Shown: one piece after another, positions 55,344 through 64,000 of the stretch
Position numbering within the stretch: position 1 is the first letter of the stretch
Layout: every line of letters starts with the position of its first letter
DNA from: an uncultured delta proteobacterium
GTDB lineage: Bacteria > Myxococcota_A > UBA9160 > SMWR01
Direction: 5' to 3'
Length of the DNA stretch: 64,000 nt
Assembly: GCA_963832165.1 (NCBI GenBank)
Contig: CAWHTE010000007.1
Coordinates: 96,001-160,000 of the forward strand
Made by a program: the position numbers and the translations under genes
Notes under the pieces: model-generated
Database searches by the model: none
What the model saw: the letters and a program-made list of their open reading frames with translations, nothing else
What the model was told of the DNA's origin: nothing

Positions 55344-56984
55344 GTGGATGCGACCGACCGAGGAGCCACCGAGCCGGGCCAGCGGATTCGCGTGCTCGCG
55401 CTCGGCCTCGCACTCGACGAGCCCGAGGCCGTGCTGCGCGATCGCGCCGCCGAGGTGCTCGGAGTCGAGCGCGAGCAGATCCGCACGTTGAGCGTGGCGC
55501 GACGCGCGCTCGATGGTCGCCACCGCGCCGAGCCGCGCTTCGTGGTGCACGTGGACGTCACGATCGACGCGAGCGCACGCAGCCGCGAGCTCGCGCGGGC
55601 ACTCGCGGCCGGGCGCGCGCGCAAGCTCCCGCCGCTCGCGCGCTTCGAGCTCGAGAGCTTCGAGCGCGCCTGGCGCGGGCGCGTCGTGGTCGTGGTGGGC
55701 GCCGGACCGGCCGGACTGTTCGCCGCACACGTGCTCGCGCTGCACGGTGTGCGCGTGGAGCTGCTCGATCGCGGACCCGAGCTGCGCGAGCGCGGGAAGT
55801 CGGTGGCGCGCTTCGTGAACAGCCGCGAGATCGACCCCGAGCGCAATCTGCTGTTCGGTGAAGGCGGCGCCGGCACCTACTCCGACGGCAAGCTCTACAC
55901 GCGGACCCAGCACGAGCTCGAGGATCCGATTCTCGCGGTGCTCGTCGCGTGCGGCGCGCCCGAGGCAATCGCCTTCGACGCGCGCGCACACATCGGCACC
56001 GACCGGCTGCACCGCGTGCTTCCGCGGCTGCGCGCGCAGCTCGAGGCATCGGGCGTGCGCTTTCACTTCGGTACGCGCCTCGAGTCGCTCGCGATGGACG
56101 ACGCCGCGCCGCGGCGGATTCGCGCCGTGCAGACGTCGGCCGGAGAGCTGCGTGCCGATGCCGTCGTGCTCGCGCCGGGCCACAGCGCGCGCGATACGTT
56201 GCGCGCGCTCGCGCACCAGGGCGTGGTCGTGCGCGCGAAGCCGTTCCAGCTCGGCGTCCGCGTCGAGCACCCGCAGGAGCTCGTCGACCGCGGCCGCTAC
56301 GGCGATCCCGCGCTCGCCGCGCGCCTCGGCCCTTCCTACTACGCGCTCGTCGACAAGGGCGCGACCGGCCGCGCGGGCGTGCACAGCTTCTGCATGTGTC
56401 CGGGCGGTCAGATCGTCGCGTCGGTCTCCGAGCCGGGCCTGCTCTGCACCAACGGCATGAGCAACTCGCGGCACTCGTCTCCCTACGCGAATGCGGGGCT
56501 CGTCGTCACGGTGGATTCCAACGACTCGAGCGGGCCCTTCGCGGGCGTCGAGCTCCAGCAGGAGCTCGAGCGGCGCTTCTTCGACGCGGGCGGTGGAGGA
56601 TTCCGCGCACCCGCGCAATGCGTCGAGGACTTCCGCGCGGGCCGCGAGAGCCGCGCGTTGCGCCCCACGAGCTACAAGCTCGGGATCTCGCCCGCGCGCA
56701 TCGACGCGCTGCTTCCCGATTGGATCCGCGATGCGCTGCGGGGCGCTCTCGCACGCTTCGAGCGCGAGATCCCGGGCTTCGTCGCCATGGGCCAGCTGGT
56801 CGGGATCGAGTCGCGCAGCTCGAGCGCCGTGCGGCTGCCGCGCTCCGCCGAACTCCGCGTCGCGACGGGCTTCGCGAACTTGTTCCCGGCCGGCGAAGGC
56901 GCGGGCTATGCGGGCGGGATCATGAGCGCCGCGATCGACGGCGCGCGCAGCGCACACGCGCTGCTGCGGCAGCGGCCGGACTAG
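55344..56984 (+). CDS. Conserved FAD-dependent oxidoreductase (COG2509-like)
   Basis: GAGPAG; FGEGGAGTYSDGKL; HIGTD; SFCMCPGG; GEGAGYAGGIMSAAIDG. Confidence 0.9.
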   Translation: MDATDRGATEPGQRIRVLALGLALDEPEAVLRDRAAEVLGVEREQIRTLSVARRALDGRHRAEPRFVVHVDVTIDASARSRELARALAAGRARKLPPLARFELESFERAWRGRVVVVVGAGPAGLFAAHVLALHGVRVELLDRGPELRERGKSVARFVNSREIDPERNLLFGEGGAGTYSDGKLYTRTQHELEDPILAVLVACGAPEAIAFDARAHIGTDRLHRVLPRLRAQLEASGVRFHFGTRLESLAMDDAAPRRIRAVQTSAGELRADAVVLAPGHSARDTLRALAHQGVVVRAKPFQLGVRVEHPQELVDRGRYGDPALAARLGPSYYALVDKGATGRAGVHSFCMCPGGQIVASVSEPGLLCTNGMSNSRHSSPYANAGLVVTVDSNDSSGPFAGVELQQELERRFFDAGGGGFRAPAQCVEDFRAGRESRALRPTSYKLGISPARIDALLPDWIRDALRGALARFEREIPGFVAMGQLVGIESRSSSAVRLPRSAELRVATGFANLFPAGEGAGYAGGIMSAAIDGARSAHALLRQRPD

Positions 56985-57850
56985 TCCCGCGACAGGAAGT
57001 CGCGCGCAATCTGCACATAGGTGTCGGGCATGGTGAGCGGGCCTTCGTGGGGCGCGCCGGGCACGATCAACTCTTCGGCGCCGGGAATCGATCGCGCGAT
57101 CAGATCGGTGTGGGGGCGCAGAACGATATCGTTCTCGCCCGCAACGATGAGGGTCCTGGCGGTGATGCGAGCCAGTTCGGCTGGCGAATAGTGTGGTTCC
57201 GTGTGAATCATCGTCGCGATCTTCTCGAGCACGACGGGGAAGTGCGAAGGGTCGGGCGCGAGCCTGTCGTAGAGCACCTTCGCCTGAGCCCCGATTTCCG
57301 CCATGCGCGCCGAGCTGAAGGTTTCCGGCGCTATGCCATCGGGCGAGACATTGGCGCCAATGGCGATGAGGCGGCGTACGCGCTCGGGGTGCTTCATCGC
57401 CATGTCGAGCCCGATGATGCCGCCGTCGCTCCAGCCGATCACGTCGACCGTCTCGATGTGCAGCGAGTCCAGCAAGGCGATCATGTCAGCGCCCATCTGC
57501 TCGTAGGTCAGCGGCCCTGGCGCGTCAGTGCTGCGGTAGTGGGCGCGGCTGTCGGGCGCAACGACGAGACGATCGTGCGCGAACGCGCGGATGAAGGGAT
57601 GCATGGTCTCCAGTGACGCGACGGCGCCATGCATCACGAGCAGCGGTGGGCCTCTGCCATAGGTCTCGTAATAGAGGCTGATGCCATTGATGTCGGCGCG
57701 CTGGCCGCCGTGGAAGTCGGAACTGACCGCACGCCACGCTTCGAACGCGGGAATGCCATAGAACCTCGCGTTGACGGCGAACACGCCGACCAGCAGGATG
57801 ACGACGAGGCCTGCGCCAACGCCCCAGGCGATCTTGCTTCGGCTTGACAT
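56981..57850 (-). CDS. Alpha/beta hydrolase with N-terminal membrane anchor
   Basis: GWSDG nucleophile elbow; GEND; GAPH. Confidence 0.9.
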   Translation of the reverse strand: MSSRSKIAWGVGAGLVVILLVGVFAVNARFYGIPAFEAWRAVSSDFHGGQRADINGISLYYETYGRGPPLLVMHGAVASLETMHPFIRAFAHDRLVVAPDSRAHYRSTDAPGPLTYEQMGADMIALLDSLHIETVDVIGWSDGGIIGLDMAMKHPERVRRLIAIGANVSPDGIAPETFSSARMAEIGAQAKVLYDRLAPDPSHFPVVLEKIATMIHTEPHYSPAELARITARTLIVAGENDIVLRPHTDLIARSIPGAEELIVPGAPHEGPLTMPDTYVQIARDFLSRD

Positions 57851-57883
57851 GCTCGCCCCAGCCCGGCGAATTCGCAGTCGTGC

Positions 57884-57908
57884 CGGCCTTCGGCCTAATC
57901 CGCCCTAC
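57884..57908 (-). repeat. Truncated GTAG-family REP-like element
   Basis: Minus strand GTAGGGCGGATTAGGCCGAAGGCCG, overlapping the dus stop codon; second arm (TAATCCGCC) absent. Confidence 0.55.
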
Positions 57909-59092
57909 CCACCCGACACGGCTTCCGCTGCCTCCAGCTCTGCGGCGGGCGGCGTCGCGTCGCCGAGATCGTCGAGGTATCCGTCGGGCAACGCGACCCG
58001 CTGCGTGCCGCCGCGCTTGCCGCGCGGCAGGCGCATCGCGTGGGGCGGGAACGGGACGCACGCGTCGACTCCGTCGAGGATCGCGCGCAGATCCGCGAGG
58101 CTCTCGATCCGGATCAGCGCGTCGCGCAGGCGCGTGCTGTCCGGGAAACCCTTCGTGTACCAGGTCGCGTGCTTGCGGAAGTTGCGCAGGCCCAACCGCT
58201 CGCCCATCCAACCCGCGAGGCGCTCCGCGTGATCGAACATGATGCGCGCCACCTCGCCGAGCGTGGGCGGATCTTCGGGCTCGCGGCCCGCGAACACGTC
58301 GGCGAGGTCTCGGAACAGCCACGGGCGTCCCAGGCAGCCGCGACCGACCACCACGCCCGCGCAGCCCGTTTCGCGCATCATGCGCAGCGCGTCCCAGGCC
58401 TCCCAGATGTCGCCGTTGCCGAGCACCGGGATGCTCCGCACCTGTGCGACGAGCTCCGCGATCGCCTCCCAGCGCGCTTCTCCCGCATAGAGCTGCGCCG
58501 CCGTGCGCGCGTGCATCGCCACCGCGGCGCAACCCTCGCTCTCCGCGATCCGGCCCGCGTCGCGGAACGTCTCGAGCCGCTCGTCGACGCCGATCCGGAA
58601 TTTGATCGTCACGGGCACCGCGCGCGCTGCGCCGACCGCCGCGCGCACGATCGCGCGCAACAGGTTCGGCTTGAGCGGAATCGCGGCGCCGCCGCCGCGC
58701 CGAGTCACCTTGCGCACGGGGCAGCCGAAGTTCAGGTCGATGTGATCGACGTGACCCTCGCCGACGAGCCAGCGCACCGCCTCGCGCGTGTAGTGCTCGT
58801 CGACGGCGTAGAGCTGCAGGCTGCGCGGCTTCTCGCTCGGGTCGAAGCCCGCGAGCCGCAACGTCTTTGCGTTGCGCTCGACGAGCGCGCGCGCCGTGAT
58901 CATCTCGCTCACGTACAGACCTGCGCCGAAGCCGCGGCACAGCGTGCGGAACGGCGGATTCGTGATGCCCGCCATCGGCGCGAGCACGATGGGAGCCTCG
59001 AGCGCGAGCGGCCCGATCCGCAGCGGTGCGAACTCGCCCGGACGCGCGGGCGGTACGCCGCGGTTGGTCTGGCTCACGTAGCGGGGATCCAT
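57905..59092 (-). CDS. dusB: tRNA-dihydrouridine synthase B
   Basis: LAPMAG, DLNFGCP, VTIKFR, HART, GNGDI, GRGCLGRPW. Confidence 0.92.
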   Translation of the reverse strand: MDPRYVSQTNRGVPPARPGEFAPLRIGPLALEAPIVLAPMAGITNPPFRTLCRGFGAGLYVSEMITARALVERNAKTLRLAGFDPSEKPRSLQLYAVDEHYTREAVRWLVGEGHVDHIDLNFGCPVRKVTRRGGGAAIPLKPNLLRAIVRAAVGAARAVPVTIKFRIGVDERLETFRDAGRIAESEGCAAVAMHARTAAQLYAGEARWEAIAELVAQVRSIPVLGNGDIWEAWDALRMMRETGCAGVVVGRGCLGRPWLFRDLADVFAGREPEDPPTLGEVARIMFDHAERLAGWMGERLGLRNFRKHATWYTKGFPDSTRLRDALIRIESLADLRAILDGVDACVPFPPHAMRLPRGKRGGTQRVALPDGYLDDLGDATPPAAELEAAEAVSGG

Positions 59093-59101
59093 CCGGGAGG
59101 G

Positions 59102-61783
59102 TTACCCCGATCCATCCTGCGCGGCCACCGGGTCCAGCGTTTCGCCGACTTCGCGCGAGTAGCCGCGCTGCGGCTCCGGCGCCGTGCTCGAGGCGGCGGC
59201 GCCGACGTTCGCGTCGAAGCCCGTGACGAAGCGGACGTCGGCGATGTCGCGATCGACCGTGATCGGCACGACCGTCTCGGTGGTGGGGAAGCCGCCGCAG
59301 GCCTCCCCTGCGTCGCAGATGGTGATGTCGCCATCCGAGTCGGTGCCGGCGACGAGCAGGTAGTCACCCGGATCCACGCGCGAGAACTCGAACGCGTAGG
59401 CGCCGTTGCTCGCGTCCGCGCCGAACGCCGCGACCGTCTTTCGCGTGACCGGGTCGAGCAGGAGGACGTAGTGGTGACCCGCGTTGGCCTGCGCGTTGCT
59501 CACGTCGCCCACCTGCATGATCACCGCGACGTCGATCATCGCGATCCCGACTCCGTTGTCGGACGTGAAACGGATCATCCCGGTGTAGAGGCCGTCGGCG
59601 AGCCCAGTGCGATCCACGGTGGCGCGATAGGTCCCGAGGCCGGCGGCATCGACCGATTCCGCCGCCACCGTGAGCCATGCCGCCCCATCGTCGCTCGTGA
59701 AGCTCACTCCCGTGACCGAGAGCGGCTGCTGATCGTTGCCGCCGTTGGTTGCAGAGAGATGGAGCTCGCTCGCGAGAAATCCGTAGTTCAAGCCGTCGGG
59801 ATCGATGCGCAGCACCGCGTCGACCACTGTGGAGCCGCTACCGCCGCCGACCGCTCGGTTCACCGCGCGAGCCGCATCGATCAGACCGTTCCCGAAGAAC
59901 GAGGCGCTGCCGATGTCCTCGGTGATCTGGTGGGCATTCAGCGCGTTGTCGATGTCGAACGGCGTGAGCGCCGGATTCTTCCCGAGCATCAGCGCGAGCA
60001 CGCCGGATACGTGGGGTGTCGCCATCGAGGTGCCCTGGAAGAAGGCGTACCCGAAGCCCTGACCGTCCTCGAAGGACGTGCTGAGCACACCGTCGGGAAA
60101 TCCGTCTCCGTCGGCGTCGTGCTGGAAGTCTCCGCCCGGTGCAGCCACGTCGATCGTCGAGCCGAAGCTCGAATAGGGTGCGAGCGTGCGCAGCGACCCG
60201 ACCGCCGACACCGAGATCACGCCGCTGAACGCTGCCGGATACTGGGGCTGCGTGGACGCCTGGTTGCCCGCGGCCGCGACGAAGATCATCTGCTCTGTGT
60301 TGCGCAGGTCCGTGATCAGATCCTGGAAGGTCTGGCTGTACCCGGGTCCCGACAGGCTCATGTTTGCGATCCGCGCCGGGTTCGACGCGCCGGCACCCGC
60401 GCACGAGGTCGTCCGGCCCGCCGCATAGCGCAGCGCCTCCATGATGTCGGCGTCCGTGCCGCCATCCACGCCGAGCACGCGCAGCGGCATGATCCTCGCG
60501 TTCCACGCCACGCCCGCGACGCCCGTCGTGTTGCCGGACGCGAACGCGAGCGAGGTGCGCGCAGCCACGGTGCCGGCGACGTGGGTGCCGTGATAGCTGC
60601 TGCCGCCGGGCGAGTTGTCGCCGGGATCCTCGGGATCCGGGTCGCAGCCGTTGCCGTCGTTGGCAGCTTCGAGGTCGCTGACGAAATCGAAGCCGGTCAC
60701 GAGCTGGCCGGCAAGATCGGGATGCCCGAGCTTCACGCCCGTGTCGACCACGGCGACGATCACGCCGCTGTTCGGAGCCGTGACGTCCCAGGCCGGCGGC
60801 AGGTTGATCTGGCCGTAGTGCCACTGGTACGGATAGAACTCGTCGGCGGGAATCGCATCGGCCGTGCGCACGTAGTTGAGGTCGGCGCTGCGCACGTCCG
60901 CTCGGCGGCGCAGCGCAGTGGCGATCTGCCGGGTGTCGTCCTGCAGTCCACGGCGCCCGCGCGATCCGCCGACTCCGCGCATCTCCGCCGTGAGCTCGAG
61001 CCCGAGCGCCTCGAAGGCCGCGCGCCGCTCGCCGACTGAAAGGGCCTCGAATAGCATCGGCCCATCGGGCTCACCCCGGACGTGTCGCATCCCGACGCCA
61101 CGCGCGCGCACCGCACCGCTCGCGCGCGGGTGGCTGCGATCGTCGCGGTAGCGCACCAGAACCTGACCCGGAACGAACTCGGGCTCGCGGACGCCCGCGC
61201 CCGTCGGCGGCTGCCCGATCGTGAGCGTGTAGTTCGAGAATCCCGTCCTGACCAGCACGACCACGTAGTAGTCACCCGAGGCGGCAGGCACGATCTCCTC
61301 GGTGCGGCTGCGCGTCGCACTCCTCTGCACGAGCGTCTGATCCAGCCGGCGCAGCTCGAGGTCGAGATCGCCCGTGCTCGCGTCTTCGGCGCTCTGCAGG
61401 CGGATCGTCTGCCCGCTTGCGATGGAGACGCGGTACCAATCCGAAAGGTCGCCCGACGTGCTCGTGGGCCCGCCCGAAGGACCTGCGCCGGGCCGGTTCA
61501 GGTATCCGCCGAGCGTGACGGGATTCCCGATCTCCTGCGCCTGGCCCGCGGAGTTGTTGCGCACAAAGGGCGCGTCGCCGTCGTTGGTGTCCGAGTCGAC
61601 CGCGCTGCCCGCGGCGGCGAGGATCGTGCCCGTCACCGCATAGGGCGGTCCGCCATGTCCGCCGCCACCGCCACCGCCGCCGCACGCGGTTCCGATCGCC
61701 GCGAGAGCCGCCGCGAACACGGCGATCGGCCGGAAGTTCAGCGCATCGGAGCGCCGGAAAGGAGCTCGCATCATCCCCAGCAC
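59102..61783 (-). CDS. S8 (subtilisin-like) serine peptidase lipoprotein with PPC-like domain
   Basis: TACGGGG lipobox; triad VVDTG / HGTHVAG / GTSMATP; start may be 61774. Confidence 0.92.
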   Translation of the reverse strand: MLGMMRAPFRRSDALNFRPIAVFAAALAAIGTACGGGGGGGGHGGPPYAVTGTILAAAGSAVDSDTNDGDAPFVRNNSAGQAQEIGNPVTLGGYLNRPGAGPSGGPTSTSGDLSDWYRVSIASGQTIRLQSAEDASTGDLDLELRRLDQTLVQRSATRSRTEEIVPAASGDYYVVVLVRTGFSNYTLTIGQPPTGAGVREPEFVPGQVLVRYRDDRSHPRASGAVRARGVGMRHVRGEPDGPMLFEALSVGERRAAFEALGLELTAEMRGVGGSRGRRGLQDDTRQIATALRRRADVRSADLNYVRTADAIPADEFYPYQWHYGQINLPPAWDVTAPNSGVIVAVVDTGVKLGHPDLAGQLVTGFDFVSDLEAANDGNGCDPDPEDPGDNSPGGSSYHGTHVAGTVAARTSLAFASGNTTGVAGVAWNARIMPLRVLGVDGGTDADIMEALRYAAGRTTSCAGAGASNPARIANMSLSGPGYSQTFQDLITDLRNTEQMIFVAAAGNQASTQPQYPAAFSGVISVSAVGSLRTLAPYSSFGSTIDVAAPGGDFQHDADGDGFPDGVLSTSFEDGQGFGYAFFQGTSMATPHVSGVLALMLGKNPALTPFDIDNALNAHQITEDIGSASFFGNGLIDAARAVNRAVGGGSGSTVVDAVLRIDPDGLNYGFLASELHLSATNGGNDQQPLSVTGVSFTSDDGAAWLTVAAESVDAAGLGTYRATVDRTGLADGLYTGMIRFTSDNGVGIAMIDVAVIMQVGDVSNAQANAGHHYVLLLDPVTRKTVAAFGADASNGAYAFEFSRVDPGDYLLVAGTDSDGDITICDAGEACGGFPTTETVVPITVDRDIADVRFVTGFDANVGAAASSTAPEPQRGYSREVGETLDPVAAQDGSG

Positions 61784-61885
61784 TCCCCCGCTGCGGATCG
61801 GGCGGCGGTCCCCCGGAATCTATCCGATTGGCGGCTCCGCATCGCCACGCAGCGCGGACGGGTGGTGGAACCGCGGCCCGTCCGC

Positions 61886-63268
61886 TCACGACTGCGGGCA
61901 AGCGTGCCCGAGCTGTCCGAGCGCGCTGCACAGCGGCGCCATCTGCGGCGACGACGGTCCGCCCGAGCGCGCGGTCTGGAACATCGCGCGTCGCGCCGCA
62001 TCGGGGGTGGCGCCGCTTCCGATCAGCACTGCGAGCGCGCCCGTGACGTGCGCCGCAGCGAAGCTCGTTCCGCTCGCGAACGCGAACGCTCCTCCGGGGA
62101 CCGTAGAGAGGATCTCCGTACCCGGCGCCCAGATCCGCGCCGAGGGGCCTCCATTGCTCCGGTCGTAGCGAGCCCCCTTCGCATCGATCGCACCGACGCC
62201 GATCACCGACGGATACGCCGCGGGATAACGCGCCTCGTCGATGCCCTCGTTGCCAGCTGCGGCCACCACGATCGCGCCGAGATCATCGAGGCGATTTGCC
62301 GCGCGCTCGAGCAGCGGATTGGGAGGTCCGACGAGGGACAGGTTGAGCACCTGCGCGTGCTCCTTCCAGGCGAGATCGAGCCCGCGCAGCACGTCGAACA
62401 GTCCGCACGAATCGCGCGGCGTGGCGCCGAGCGGAGTGCACACGGGAATCGCGATCACCTCGGCCGCGGGCGCTATGCCGGCGATCCCGAAGCCGTTGTT
62501 CGCAACCGCCGCGATGACGCCCGTGGTCAGCGTGCCGTGCACGCCGACGCCCTGGGGACCCGCGGTGAGCGGCGAAACCCGCACGGGAGGCAGGTCGGGG
62601 TGGTCGGTCTGGGGCGCGGAGTCGAGCACCGCAACGCGGACACCCGCGCCCGTCGAGACCGCGCGCGCTGCATCGACGCCGAGCTCGTCGAGGGAGTGCT
62701 GGAGCTTTCGGTAGGAGTCGGGCGCGGGGGCGGGAGCCGGCTCCACGCGATCCGCAGCACTCGCGTAGATGTGATTGGGGGCCACCACCGCATCGCTGGG
62801 GAGCTTCGCGACCAGGTCATAGGGATCGCTGAGCGGATCTCCGACGACCCGAGCGATCGTCGCGCACAGCACCGGGCTCCAGAACGAATCCGCGATCCGC
62901 GCACCGGGCGCGAGCTGATAGCCGTGCGCGAGGGTCCCGTCGGCTCGCTTCGGCAGCACGAGCAGCGCCTCGCCACCGGCTTGCTGCGAACCCTTCTCGT
63001 CGTGGCTCTGCGCGAGCGAAACGATCGGACCCTCGGCCACGCCCACGTGGCTGCCCATCACGCCGGGCTCTTCGCTCGGCGCGAGCTGCGCAATCTGGCG
63101 CGGCGCTTCGATCGGAGCGCACAGCTCCGGCTCGGCGGGGCTCCGCGTGTCGGCGAACGCGGCGGATGCCGCGAACAGCGCAGCGAAAACCCCGGCCAGA
63201 GCGCGTTGCCGCGGTCTGGCCACAGGCGAACGGCTAGCTGCGCGACGGTTCAGCGAATGCGGCGACAC
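61886..63268 (-). CDS. S8 serine peptidase, secreted
   Basis: Triad VLDS / HGT / SGTSFAA; AAAGN oxyanion; start may be GTG 63223. Confidence 0.9.
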   Translation of the reverse strand: MSPHSLNRRAASRSPVARPRQRALAGVFAALFAASAAFADTRSPAEPELCAPIEAPRQIAQLAPSEEPGVMGSHVGVAEGPIVSLAQSHDEKGSQQAGGEALLVLPKRADGTLAHGYQLAPGARIADSFWSPVLCATIARVVGDPLSDPYDLVAKLPSDAVVAPNHIYASAADRVEPAPAPAPDSYRKLQHSLDELGVDAARAVSTGAGVRVAVLDSAPQTDHPDLPPVRVSPLTAGPQGVGVHGTLTTGVIAAVANNGFGIAGIAPAAEVIAIPVCTPLGATPRDSCGLFDVLRGLDLAWKEHAQVLNLSLVGPPNPLLERAANRLDDLGAIVVAAAGNEGIDEARYPAAYPSVIGVGAIDAKGARYDRSNGGPSARIWAPGTEILSTVPGGAFAFASGTSFAAAHVTGALAVLIGSGATPDAARRAMFQTARSGGPSSPQMAPLCSALGQLGHACPQS

Positions 63269-63872
63269 CGTGCCTCTTTTCGCGGAGACGGCTGATCGCC
63301 GCGCTCACGTCGGCTCCCGGCGCGAGGCGCAACCGATAGACACCGAGCTGGGTCGGTCCCGAGATCACCGTGGCTCCGATGTCGCGCAGCCCGGTCTGGA
63401 TCAGCTCGGCGCTCGCGTCCTCGCGGAATACCACCTGCAGGCTCGGGCCACCGCCGTCGGCAGCGCCATCGGTCGCAGCCGCCGTCTCATAAGTCGGCGC
63501 AACCCGCGCGACCCAGATCGCGCCGGTCGCGAGCATTCCCGAGATCACCGCCACGAAGAGTCCCGCGGCAATCGACGCCTGCCGCGCCGCGGCACCGACG
63601 CGCATCGCCGCCGACTTGCGGCGCGGTTGCGCGACCGACTCCTCATTCGAGTGCGAGGAGATCCGGTCGAGTACGCGCTCATAGACCCGCTCGATGTCGG
63701 GCAGATCGATCGCGGGCTCTTCGTCGCCGCGCACGAACGCGAGCTCGGCTCGGCACGCGCGGCAATCGGCCGCATGGGCCTCGACCGCGCCACACTCCTC
63801 CGGGGTCAGACCATCCGGATACCAGGGAATCGACGTCAGAATCGCTTCGGGGCAGCTGGTCGTCGTGGTCAT
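63234..63872 (-). CDS. Zinc-finger (zf-HC2/ZAS) transmembrane anti-sigma factor
   Basis: HAADCRAC (Hx3Cx2C); one TM; small C-terminal extracytoplasmic domain. Confidence 0.88.
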   Translation of the reverse strand: MTTTTSCPEAILTSIPWYPDGLTPEECGAVEAHAADCRACRAELAFVRGDEEPAIDLPDIERVYERVLDRISSHSNEESVAQPRRKSAAMRVGAAARQASIAAGLFVAVISGMLATGAIWVARVAPTYETAAATDGAADGGGPSLQVVFREDASAELIQTGLRDIGATVISGPTQLGVYRLRLAPGADVSAAISRLREKRHGVAAFAEPSRS

Positions 63873-63876
63873 GGCG

Positions 63877-64000
63877 TCAGTCCTCCGTTCCGAGTCCGGT
63901 CATGGTGCGCAGGCGCGTGCGCGCCCGATTGACTCGCGTCTTCACGTTGGCTTCGGAGATGGCGAGCCTCTCCGCAATCTCGGGATACGAGAAGCCCTCG
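63877..64000 (-). CDS. ECF sigma-70 factor, C-terminal region 4 (partial)
   Basis: EGFSYPEIAERLAISEANVKTRVNRARTRL then TGA at 63877-63879, directly upstream of the anti-sigma gene. Confidence 0.88.
   Translation of the reverse strand, partial: EGFSYPEIAERLAISEANVKTRVNRARTRLRTMTGLGTED

Noticed and set aside
1..64000. tRNA, rRNA, transposase, integrase, prophage or defence genes
   Set aside because: None recognised; intergenic gaps are short and all long real ORFs have other assignments

Overview
High-GC bacterial window, almost entirely coding. Two PEP-CTERM proteins, many lipoproteins, a prepilin and a c-type cytochrome indicate a diderm (Gram-negative) host. Myxococcota/Deltaproteobacteria-like is my inference; there is no marker gene here. 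The metabolic genes look strongly actinobacterial and centre on lipids and steroids: 2 WS/DGAT, 2 acyl-CoA ligases, 5 P450s, SDRs, an ALDH, 4 amidohydrolases, two F420-type enzymes, a carotenoid oxygenase, a 3-ketosteroid delta4(5alpha)-dehydrogenase-like flavoprotein and an EXPERA protein. The best candidate for an undescribed system is the tightly linked operon cyp51 - ferredoxin - cyclopropylsterol isomerase (plant CPI1 homologue) - extended SDR at 19.5-22.9 kb. It lies about 5 kb from homologues of the M. tuberculosis cyp51 neighbours (Rv0765c/0768/0769/0770-like). Together these suggest a route for remodelling or degrading 9beta,19-cyclopropyl, 14-methyl sterols. Other points: an orphan GspG-like pilin coupled to a HAMP-GAF-HD-GYP gene and apparently inserted into a P450 array; an ECF sigma / zinc anti-sigma / two-subtilase module; a miniature PEP-CTERM protein; several clear operators (a 26-bp site shared by two divergent promoters, a perfect CRP box, tandem TetR palindromes); a REP relic; and four +1 frameshifts that may be assembly errors. 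No rRNA, tRNA, CRISPR or transposase was seen. All family assignments come from motif reading and remembered reference proteins, not database searches.
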